From: Candidatus Melainabacteria bacterium 17Bon1m
GTDB taxonomy: Bacteria; Cyanobacteriota; Vampirovibrionia; Obscuribacterales; Obscuribacteraceae
Direction of reading: 5' to 3'
Assembly: GCA_032128875.1 (NCBI GenBank)
Contig: JAVLKG010000002.1
Coordinates: 992,001-1,056,000 of the forward strand
DNA length: 64,000 nt
Made by a program: the position numbers and the translations under genes. The notes beneath the pieces are model-generated. The model searched no databases, was not told where the DNA came from, and saw only the letters and a list, made by a program, of their open reading frames with translations. Every line of letters begins with the position of its first letter. Position 1 is the stretch's first letter. This document shows, one piece after another, positions 9,929 through 17,838 of the stretch.

Positions 9929-11542
9929 ATGAACGATTTGACCCAGTACGCCATTTGCATCAAGTATCTCCTTCCTGAGATATGTCTTGTTGTGGCGATT
10001 CTTTTGGCTGCACTGTGGAACCTTTTCGTTCCCAAAGCAAAAGAATGGACACCGTTTTTCAGTCTGCTCGGACTGACATCTGCGATGTGGTTCTTGATGA
10101 AGTCATGGTCCAGTACAGCGTTGCCGCTGTTCAATGGACTATTCACCGTCGACCAATTGACGACAAGCTTCGGATTGCTCGCCTGTATGGTCGGTGCCAT
10201 TTGCGTTTTGATGACTGTCGGCTACGAACATCACCTGGGCAGAAACCGCGGAGAGTTCTATGCGATTTTGCTGACAGCTGTTCTTTCCGTCATGCTGCTA
10301 GCCGGCTCGACTGACTTGATTATGCTTTTCGTCAGTCTCGAGACGCTCAGTATCTGCTGCGTTATCTTGGCTGGTTTTTCTAAAACAGACGCGCGCAGCA
10401 GTGAAGCCGCGCTCAAGTATTTACTGTCTACCGCTGCTACTACCGCCACCCTCTTATACGGTCTTTCTTTCTTATATGGCATGACCGGATCGACTAGCTT
10501 TCAGGCTATCCGTGAGCGCCTGGAAATGCCGATGTCTTCCCCAACAGAGATGATGGGAAGTGTTTTTCTCTTGGTGCTACTTTTGAGCGCGGTTGGTTTC
10601 AAACTTTCACTCGTTCCATTCCACATGTGGACACCGGACGTATATGAAGGTGCACCCACACCAGTTACTGCTTTCCTTTCTATCGGTTCAAAAGCCGGTG
10701 GATTTGTGGTGGCATTGCGCTTGCTCGTCGACGTTTTCGGCAAGCAGTCTTCCGACTGGGTAATTGTTGTAAGCGCTCTGGCAATTCTCTCGATGGTCGT
10801 GGGCAACCTGGTTGCGCTCGCGCAGAAATCATTCAAGAGAATGTTGGCTTATTCTTCCATCGCGCATGTCGGCTACATCATGATCGGCATGCTCGCCGTC
10901 AACCATGAAGGGTTGGGGGCAATGATGTATTACGTCGTCGTCTACGGCTTTATGAATCTCGGCGCCTTCGCCGGAGCGATTCTCTTCGCCAACGAAACCG
11001 GCAGCGACAAGATAGATGATTACGCTGGTTTGATTCGCAAACGGCCCTTGCTCGCTTTGGGCATGTCTGTTTGCCTGCTCAATCTGGCTGGACTGCCGAT
11101 TCCTCCGGCTGGTTTTTTCGCCAAGCTCTTCGTCTTCTGGGCAGGCTCTTCCATTCAAACACCGGTCGGTGGCATTCCGCTGGGCGCCTTGCTAGTGGCA
11201 GTTGCTCTTGCAACATCGGTGCCGGCAATCTATTACTACACTCAAGTAGTAATCAAAATGATCGTCGACAAGCCGTCTGCAAAAGTTGAAGCTTTGCCGA
11301 AAGAGAAAGCCTATATCGACAGCCCGCAAGAAGCTCCGGCTCTGGCTCTGGCGATGTGCTTGATTGTGATCGTTGCAACGGGAACCACTGCAGTCGATCC
11401 GGTTATGAAATTCTCGAAAGAAGCTGTCAAACCACTAATTGCTCGTCCATCTACTGTTGTTCCTCCCGTCAGCCTGCTGGAAGACTCATCTCCTTTTGGC
11501 AGAACAGCTGAAATCGCGGGAAATACAGGATTGACACACTAA
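9929..11542 (+). CDS. ndhB: NAD(P)H-quinone oxidoreductase subunit 2 (NdhB/NuoN)
   Basis: EAALKY, FKLSLVPFHMWTPDVYEGAPTP, KRMLAYSSIAHVGY; many TM helices. Confidence 0.93.
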   Translation: MNDLTQYAICIKYLLPEICLVVAILLAALWNLFVPKAKEWTPFFSLLGLTSAMWFLMKSWSSTALPLFNGLFTVDQLTTSFGLLACMVGAICVLMTVGYEHHLGRNRGEFYAILLTAVLSVMLLAGSTDLIMLFVSLETLSICCVILAGFSKTDARSSEAALKYLLSTAATTATLLYGLSFLYGMTGSTSFQAIRERLEMPMSSPTEMMGSVFLLVLLLSAVGFKLSLVPFHMWTPDVYEGAPTPVTAFLSIGSKAGGFVVALRLLVDVFGKQSSDWVIVVSALAILSMVVGNLVALAQKSFKRMLAYSSIAHVGYIMIGMLAVNHEGLGAMMYYVVVYGFMNLGAFAGAILFANETGSDKIDDYAGLIRKRPLLALGMSVCLLNLAGLPIPPAGFFAKLFVFWAGSSIQTPVGGIPLGALLVAVALATSVPAIYYYTQVVIKMIVDKPSAKVEALPKEKAYIDSPQEAPALALAMCLIVIVATGTTAVDPVMKFSKEAVKPLIARPSTVVPPVSLLEDSSPFGRTAEIAGNTGLTH

Positions 11543-11556
11543 AGTGAATCAGTGAG

Positions 11557-14208
11557 ATGAGCCTACACTCGCTCGTCCAACTGAAGAATCAGATTGCCGA
11601 CCCGACTAAACTCAGTCGTCCTCTTCGGTATCTGTTGCTCTTCTTTGCAGTTATTGTTCCTCTTGTAATTCACTATTATCCGTATTTGTTCGGCGGGCGC
11701 TCTTTTGTGTCTTCCGATCATCATCTTTTCTTTGAACCGTTTTGCCGCTTCATGGGAGACGCGTATAGAGAAGGGCGTCTGCCTTTGTGGAACCGCTGGC
11801 TGTATTTTGGAATGCCGCAATTCGCCTTGCCGTCTCCATCATATTTGTATCCACCCACTTTGTTGTATGCGCTGTTTTCGTATAGCCAAGGACTTTCGAT
11901 ACAGCAAATTCTGCATCACAGCGTTGCTGCTATTGGTGGGTGTCTACTTGCTGAAAGCCTTGGTTTGAGCTTTGGCGCATCAGCATGTGCCGGGCTGGCT
12001 TTTGCATTTAGCGGATACATGTTTACTTTGAGCGCTAATTATTCGCTTGTTGCTGGTGTTAGCTGGCTTCCCATGGCATTGTTTGCATCGCGCAGAATAC
12101 GTTTTGCAGAAACGCTCGCGCAGCGATCGCAGTGGATAATTGTCCTTTCAGTCTGTGTTTTCCTGATGATCAGTGCCGGCCGACCTGAGGTTTTTGTGCC
12201 GGTTATGGTGATTGTTCTGGCGCACGCTCTGACGGGTATTGGACGTCATTACTTGTTGAAGTTCAAAACTAGCTGGAAGCGACAAGCGGACATTGAAACG
12301 ATCGATCCGGCAGCACAACTGCATGACGAGAGACCGTTGAAACTTTTCTTTTGCCGTTTGCTTGCCCTGGCGATTGGTGGCTGCCTTTGTATGCCGTTGC
12401 TGTTACCGGCGCTCGAATGGGCTTCTGGTTCGACTCGAGCGAAAGGACTTGATCCTAGTGAAGTAACTATCTGGAGTGCAAATTGGTACAGCTTTCTGAC
12501 AATGATTTTGGCGCAACCGTTTGGCGATTTGCAGACAATCGGTAACGCCTTCTTGCCTGTCGCAGCTGACCGCGCTGCCTACATGCCTTTCCTGCCATCT
12601 GCTTATGTTGGCGCGGCCGTTTTTACTTTAGCAATACTTGGTCTCTTTCATACTCGCTCACCATGGCTGGTGCCTGTTGGTTTGTTGCTGGTGGCAGGAA
12701 CTACATTCTCGCTGGGGCGTTACACGCCAATTTTGCCGTGGTTGATTCATACCTTCCCATCACTGGCTGTTTTTCGCTATCCGGTTAAGCTGCTTATCCT
12801 GCCGATTATGGCGCTGTGTCTGCTTGCCGCTTTTGGGATTCAAGCTGCTAAAGACAATCGCATCGGCTACAAAGCGCTGCAAAAAATGGCGCTATTTTGG
12901 ATTGTGGTGATGCTGGGAGGCATTCTATCTGTCTTTCTAGGAAGGTATTGGCTCACCCTACAATCCGCAAAACTCGGCATCAATTCTGAGATTGCAATTG
13001 CTATTGGCACGGCGGTCTTTCACAGCGGTGCAATTGGTCTGACAATGGTGTCAATTTGCATTTTGCGCTACAAAAATCTCTTAGGCCATTTTGGTTTTAT
13101 TCTCTTTACCGGCTTGCTTCTAACGATGGACTTGTTTGGGACATCTATTCGTTTTCCCGCATTGTCAGCGCCTTCAAGCTTTTACAGTGATAAGCCCATT
13201 GTTGTAAAAATGCTGGAGAAACAAGTTGGCGAGTCCGCGATTTCAAAAACGCGAGTCTTGAATATTTACTACGATCCGCTGGCAGCTCCTGCCTCTACCT
13301 TCCAGGGAGAGCCCAGGGAGCGGACTCTTAAATACTACAGATACTGCCGTGATTTGCTTGTTTGCAATAGCAATATGGACTACGGTGTGCAGCAGGCTTA
13401 CGGATACGAAGGAACATTGTCTGCAAAATACAGGCATCTTGCTCTCAGTATCATCAATGATATAAGAAACGCCAGCGCCGCCGAAGAAAACGAAAAGGAT
13501 GCGAAGGTCGGCAGCGACAGTGTTTTCGATGAGCGCATGCGCAGGTTTGCAGACGCCGCAGGTCTTCAGTTTGTCACCTGTCAGCTTCGACGTGATGGGC
13601 AGAAACAACCGGATCTTTCTTTTGACGATTTCGAGATTGTAGAAGATATCGATTCGAAAAACATTCGACTATACAAAGTGAGACGCCCGAAAGCGAGAGT
13701 TGAACTCACTGAGCATTGGACATGGGTTGACACTACTGAACAAGCATTTCAAATTTTGCAGGTGGAGAAGGCTAAAGATAATGGATTGTCCTTGATGCCG
13801 CTTATTGAGAAACGAAAGGACGAGAACAAGTCATATCCTCTGGGTTTTGTCAGCGAGTGTACACCCAGCAAAGCCACATGTGAAATATTGTGCGACAAGC
13901 CTGAGCATGTCACTGTCTCTGTCAATGTGCCCCGTCCTTGTATGTTGATTTTGCGAGATCAGTTTTATCCTGGATGGAAGGCGCTCCTTGATTCAGTATC
14001 AGTGCCCATCTATCGAGCTAATGGATTTACAAGGGCGGTGTATGTACCGGCTGGTGCTCATGCCATCGAGTTTAATTACAAACCTGATAGCTTGAAATAT
14101 GGCGTGCGTATCGCCCTTGTTGCTCTTGCAGCTTTAGCTGTGCTTGCTTTTTTAGCTTTTGCACCTGGTGTCTGGCGTTTTGTGAAATGGACGGCCGGAC
14201 AAAACTGA
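11557..14208 (+). CDS. YfhO-family membrane protein (GT-C-like glycosyltransferase)
   Basis: PLWNRW...GMP N-terminal motif, multiple TMs, C-terminal DQFYPGWKA...ANGFTRAVYVPAGAHAIEFNY. Confidence 0.85.
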   Translation: MSLHSLVQLKNQIADPTKLSRPLRYLLLFFAVIVPLVIHYYPYLFGGRSFVSSDHHLFFEPFCRFMGDAYREGRLPLWNRWLYFGMPQFALPSPSYLYPPTLLYALFSYSQGLSIQQILHHSVAAIGGCLLAESLGLSFGASACAGLAFAFSGYMFTLSANYSLVAGVSWLPMALFASRRIRFAETLAQRSQWIIVLSVCVFLMISAGRPEVFVPVMVIVLAHALTGIGRHYLLKFKTSWKRQADIETIDPAAQLHDERPLKLFFCRLLALAIGGCLCMPLLLPALEWASGSTRAKGLDPSEVTIWSANWYSFLTMILAQPFGDLQTIGNAFLPVAADRAAYMPFLPSAYVGAAVFTLAILGLFHTRSPWLVPVGLLLVAGTTFSLGRYTPILPWLIHTFPSLAVFRYPVKLLILPIMALCLLAAFGIQAAKDNRIGYKALQKMALFWIVVMLGGILSVFLGRYWLTLQSAKLGINSEIAIAIGTAVFHSGAIGLTMVSICILRYKNLLGHFGFILFTGLLLTMDLFGTSIRFPALSAPSSFYSDKPIVVKMLEKQVGESAISKTRVLNIYYDPLAAPASTFQGEPRERTLKYYRYCRDLLVCNSNMDYGVQQAYGYEGTLSAKYRHLALSIINDIRNASAAEENEKDAKVGSDSVFDERMRRFADAAGLQFVTCQLRRDGQKQPDLSFDDFEIVEDIDSKNIRLYKVRRPKARVELTEHWTWVDTTEQAFQILQVEKAKDNGLSLMPLIEKRKDENKSYPLGFVSECTPSKATCEILCDKPEHVTVSVNVPRPCMLILRDQFYPGWKALLDSVSVPIYRANGFTRAVYVPAGAHAIEFNYKPDSLKYGVRIALVALAALAVLAFLAFAPGVWRFVKWTAGQN

Positions 14209-14254
14209 GTTGCAATGATGCTAGGATCATAGGTACCGTTGATGAGAGTTTTTT

Positions 14255-14328
14255 GCCCTCTTAGTTCAGCTGGATAGAACACCTCCGTCCTAAGGAGGGT
14301 GTCGGGGGTTCGAATCCCTCAGAGGGTG
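14255..14328 (+). tRNA. tRNA-Arg (anticodon CCT), CCA not encoded
   Basis: cloverleaf: acceptor GCCCTCT/AGAGGGT, D arm GTTC/GAAC, anticodon arm CCTCC-GTCCTAA-GGAGG, T arm GGGGG-TTCGAAT-CCCTC. Confidence 0.93.
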
Positions 14329-14338
14329 CTTACTACGC

Positions 14339-14380
14339 AAAAGGGAAAGGCGATCCCCATGCCTTTCCCTTTTACTTTTT
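14339..14380 (+). terminator. intrinsic terminator after the tRNA (possibly bidirectional)
   Basis: AAAAGGGAAAGGC...GCCTTTCCCTTTT perfect stem followed by a T-rich tail. Confidence 0.8.
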
Positions 14381-14571
14381 GGAACCGATTTTTCAATCGA
14401 TTCATATAACTGTCAGTTGATTTGCTCTATAGGCAAGTCCTTTCTAGTTAGGGTGTGTTCGATTTGAAAGAAAGCGTAAGCTGTCCCTCCTATTTCTAGT
14501 CAGTTGTAATAGAACTTCGGTTTTACGTCACAGCCGTTCTTGCCTGGTGTGTAGAAGCAAGATGGCTACTA

Positions 14572-14593
14572 CTTCTTCTTCTTCTTCTTCTTC
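14572..14593. repeat. (CTT)7 / (GAA)7 trinucleotide microsatellite
   Basis: cttcttcttcttcttcttcttc read directly. Confidence 0.85.
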
Positions 14594-14605
14594 GGAATAA
14601 ACTTT

Positions 14606-15151
14606 CTATGCTGTTTTGGCGCGCTTTCTGCCCCCTTTTACTGGTGGCGTATCGGCGAAAACGCCTTTCACTCTTTCGACGATTTCTTCGTCTTCCTCTT
14701 CATCTCCAGCGTCTTCATCAACTTCGTCGAAGTCTTCATCTTCGATATCAGCTTCTTTGTATTTGACACTGCGTACAGATTCACCTTTGGCGAATGTTCT
14801 ACTCATGTCTATTTCACCTCCTGAAAAATCTGTCTGAGAACGTCTAGGAAAGGCGATTTGATCTGCATTTACCACAGGTGTAACTCTCGCTTGACCGTTT
14901 TTGTCGGTCCAACGATCAAGCGTGAGTCTTCCTGTCGCGGTCACCTGCTGCCCTTTATCCAGATATTGTCCGGCGAGTTCAGCAAGGCGGCCCCACGCTA
15001 CAACGTTGTAGTAGTCCGCAGATTCACTTTCGCTCTTTTTAGCGTGATTAACGGCTACGACAAAAGTAGTTTTTAGCTTTCCACTGGCAAGTTGTATCTG
15101 CTCGGGAGCCTTCACGAGATTCCCCACTATTGAAATATTGGCAAGACCCAT
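14606..15151 (-). CDS. ssb: single-stranded DNA-binding protein with an atypical C-terminal tail
   Basis: OB fold: IVGNL, VAVN, VVAWGRLAE, YLDKGQQVTATGRL, WTDKNGQ; start placed at the ATG after a GGAGG RBS. Confidence 0.85.
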   Translation of the reverse strand: MGLANISIVGNLVKAPEQIQLASGKLKTTFVVAVNHAKKSESESADYYNVVAWGRLAELAGQYLDKGQQVTATGRLTLDRWTDKNGQARVTPVVNADQIAFPRRSQTDFSGGEIDMSRTFAKGESVRSVKYKEADIEDEDFDEVDEDAGDEEEDEEIVERVKGVFADTPPVKGGRKRAKTA

Positions 15152-15324
15152 AACTCTACCTCCGTCAGGCTTGCTGCCTGCATAAGGGGTACGACTCAAG
15201 TGAAGTGGGGAGATGATTAAAAGTTAGCATGCCATACATGCGTATGTCAACTCTTGACTTTTTCTTGATAGAAAACGCCGTCTCCTGGGCTTTGCGGCTC
15301 GATTGATAGCTGTATGGTGGTGGT

Positions 15325-16539
15325 ATGAATCTATTGCTGTATCGGTATCGTGAGGCACGGCCATGTGTGCAAGTGCCGGAGTTAAAACTCGTGATTCAGA
15401 GCTCCGCTGACTGGTTTCAACGGTATAGATTTTGTCAACCGCTCGGACAGGGCGGCATGGGCGTGATTTATCTTGCCGAAGATAAGGCTCAGGGCAATAT
15501 TCAATGCGTCGTAAAACAGCTGATAAGTAAACCTAGCAATCCAGATGAACAATTCGAAGCAGAGCGACTATTCAAAAGAGAAGTAGAAATACTTAGGCAG
15601 CTCGATCACTCGGGTATCGTTCGTTTCTCCGATTTCCATGTTACTGATGACGGCAAATACTTCCTGGTAATGGATTATGTTCCAGGTAAAAACCTGGATA
15701 GCATCGTGCAGAATTATGGTCCATTCGGCTCCGAGGCAACCGTAGAAATTGGTATTCAGTGCTGCGAGGTTCTCGAATATCTGCATGAAAGAGATTACCC
15801 AATCATATATAGGGACCTGAAGCCGAGCAACTTGATGCTCACTCCAGAGGGGCAGATCGTATTTATAGATTTCGGCATCGCGCGCATGTTCATGCCGAAG
15901 CAAGCAGCAACACGAGTCGTTACAGCAGGCTACTCGCCGCCTGAACAATATTTCGGCCGACCAGAAACGCGAAGTGACTTGTATGCACTTGGCGCTACTC
16001 TTGGACATTTATGCACGGGTGTTCGTCCAAAACCGCTCACCGTCAGCGCTCCTGGTATTACCCATCCAGCTGTAATTCCAGAACTGGACGATCTAATTAG
16101 AAGGATGACTGCTCACAATCCGGAAGATAGACCGTTCAGTGCACGCGAAGTTCGATATGAGCTGTACAAGATCTATCACAGCATGCATCCCGATTTCGAA
16201 ATTCCAGAGGAAGCCTTGGTGCCAGTGCAAGCAGCTGTAGCGCCAAAGAAAGAGGGGCCACCAACTAATCCAAATTTGCGTTCCGGTTTGCACAGTGATT
16301 CGAGCAAGCGTCCAGCGAATTGGCTCGAGCGAGAACAGCCAAAAGAAGATGACATTCAGAAGGTAACGAGAAAAGACGCAGAAAGAGTGAATCCTGCCGA
16401 TGTGCAGCACGCACGCCGGACGAGTGAGAGATTGACTCGTCCTGATGCCAGAGACTCTAACTACAGGCGAAGAAACTCGCAATCGCAGCCAGCACCACAA
16501 ACCTTCTGGGATAAGCTCAGGCAATTTTTTAGCAAATAA
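15325..16539 (+). CDS. Hanks-type Ser/Thr protein kinase (soluble)
   Basis: LGQGGMGVIY, VVK, YRDLKPSN, DFG, GYSPPEQ, SDLYALG. Confidence 0.93.
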   Translation: MNLLLYRYREARPCVQVPELKLVIQSSADWFQRYRFCQPLGQGGMGVIYLAEDKAQGNIQCVVKQLISKPSNPDEQFEAERLFKREVEILRQLDHSGIVRFSDFHVTDDGKYFLVMDYVPGKNLDSIVQNYGPFGSEATVEIGIQCCEVLEYLHERDYPIIYRDLKPSNLMLTPEGQIVFIDFGIARMFMPKQAATRVVTAGYSPPEQYFGRPETRSDLYALGATLGHLCTGVRPKPLTVSAPGITHPAVIPELDDLIRRMTAHNPEDRPFSAREVRYELYKIYHSMHPDFEIPEEALVPVQAAVAPKKEGPPTNPNLRSGLHSDSSKRPANWLEREQPKEDDIQKVTRKDAERVNPADVQHARRTSERLTRPDARDSNYRRRNSQSQPAPQTFWDKLRQFFSK

Positions 16540-16678
16540 ACGTATTTTCGGATATTCTTGTGCCTCACCTGGAGCAAGTAAATGCAGAAGTTTAACCGTT
16601 ATCGGTCAAACTTCCAGACGTCACCGGCTGGATCTGGCTGGCATCTTGGCATTCTAGTAAATGTGCTGGCTGAGCGTA

Positions 16679-16708
16679 TTGACAATCATGCTCTGGCGGG
16701 CGTACGAT
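16679..16708 (+). promoter_or_regulatory. sigma70-type promoter of the vWA/PurA-like operon
   Basis: TTGACA (16679)-18 nt-TACGAT (16703). Confidence 0.65.
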
Positions 16709-16734
16709 AGTAAGCGTAAGAAACACAATAACTA
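16708..16734. promoter_or_regulatory. imperfect palindrome with a GT-N7-AC core, resembling an NrtR operator
   Basis: tagTAAGCGT-aagaaac-ACAATAActa immediately downstream of the -10 element. Confidence 0.55.
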
Positions 16735-16871
16735 GGTGAATCCAGAGACGTGGCCTGTACGGGATAATTTGTTGGGTTCGCAACTATCAACCTACGCTTT
16801 GCAGCTGGAAGTTTCCGCTGCGCATGGATTTGCTCAACGAAATCGAAAGAGAACGGCATCACAGGTGGTGC
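16735..16871 (+). ncRNA. candidate structured leader RNA of unknown family
   Basis: closing stem GGTGAATCCA/TGGATTTGCT, inner stems CGTGG/CTACG, GTTG/CAAC, GCAGC/GCTGC, then GCATCA/TGGTGC; folded by eye. Confidence 0.3.
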
Positions 16872-16909
16872 TGCGATCTAATGCGAGCAATTTCAAAGGA
16901 GAATGTGTC

Positions 16910-17812
16910 ATGGGTTATGCAAGATGGAATCATGATGACTGGGACGACTATGTAAGAGGCAATATTCGAAAGTCTATAGATGAGATCTTCAGCAATCGTC
17001 TTGATCCAGAGTTAGACCCTAAGAATGTCAGCTTCAGGGAGTCGCGTGATTCGGCAGAAAATCCTCTTTCGACTCCTATCATTGTTGCTGTTGACCAGAC
17101 AGGCTCGATGGGTTTTCTCGCTGAAAGTCTGATAAGAGAAGGGTTGGGAATTCTTGTCGAATCTATTTACGAGAGAAAGCCGGTTACTGATCCGCACGTC
17201 ATGTGTATGGCTCTGGGAGATGCTTGGTGCGATCGGGCTCCACTGCAGGTAACGCAGTTCGAAGCCGATATCAGAATTGCAGAGCAGCTCTCAAAGTTTT
17301 ACATCGAAGCAAACGGTGGCGGTAACAACTTCGAGAGCTATAACCTGCCATGGTACTTTGCTGCGACGCGCACCAGATGTGATGCTTGGTTGAGACGCCA
17401 AAGGAAAGGTTATCTGTTTACTGTCGGTGACGAACCACCGCCCCCCGAGCTGAAGGTCGAGCATGTCAAAACATTCCTGGGCGGTGGACTGCAGCGCGAC
17501 ACAAGCTCAAAAGAGCTGTTAAGGCTAACCTCACAGACTTGGCAGGTCATTCATATCATTACCGAAGAGGGTTCGTATTATCGCTCGCGACCTAAGCAAA
17601 CCAGCGACGCTTGGGCGAGCTTGCTCGGTAAAAGGGCGATTTCATTGAGTGATCATCGAAATCTTCCGGAGCTAATTGTTTCGATCATGCAGGTCCTGCA
17701 AGGAGAAAATCCGCAAGAGGTGGCTTACAGCTGGTCGGGAAAAACGGCTTCAGTGCTCATGAATGCGCTGAAAGGGCTGGCCGAACCATACGTTCCCTTC
17801 ATCAGCGCGTAG
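16910..17812 (+). CDS. vWA-like (MIDAS) domain protein
   Basis: PIIVAVDQTGSMG (DxTxS), GGGNNFESY, LFTVGDE; ATG preceded by an AAGGAG RBS. Confidence 0.8.
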   Translation: MGYARWNHDDWDDYVRGNIRKSIDEIFSNRLDPELDPKNVSFRESRDSAENPLSTPIIVAVDQTGSMGFLAESLIREGLGILVESIYERKPVTDPHVMCMALGDAWCDRAPLQVTQFEADIRIAEQLSKFYIEANGGGNNFESYNLPWYFAATRTRCDAWLRRQRKGYLFTVGDEPPPPELKVEHVKTFLGGGLQRDTSSKELLRLTSQTWQVIHIITEEGSYYRSRPKQTSDAWASLLGKRAISLSDHRNLPELIVSIMQVLQGENPQEVAYSWSGKTASVLMNALKGLAEPYVPFISA

Positions 17813-17838
17813 CTGTCAGCTATAAGGAGGACACCATT

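Noticed and set aside
12123-12130. Cyanobacterial HIP1 (GCGATCGC) over-representation
   Set aside because: Only isolated copies were noticed (here and near 59041), not the dense pattern of HIP1-rich cyanobacteria; not formally counted.
16736-16909. 58-aa N-terminal extension of the vWA ORF given in the ORF track
   Set aside because: A strong AAGGAG RBS precedes the ATG at 16910, and the upstream GTG lies right next to the operator and predicted TSS.
15325-17812. TerY-P triad (vWA + PP2C + kinase), or the kinase as part of the vWA operon
   Set aside because: There is no PP2C gene. The kinase resembles its paralogue at 36913-38253 and is separated from the vWA gene by a distinct promoter/operator, so linkage is unsupported.
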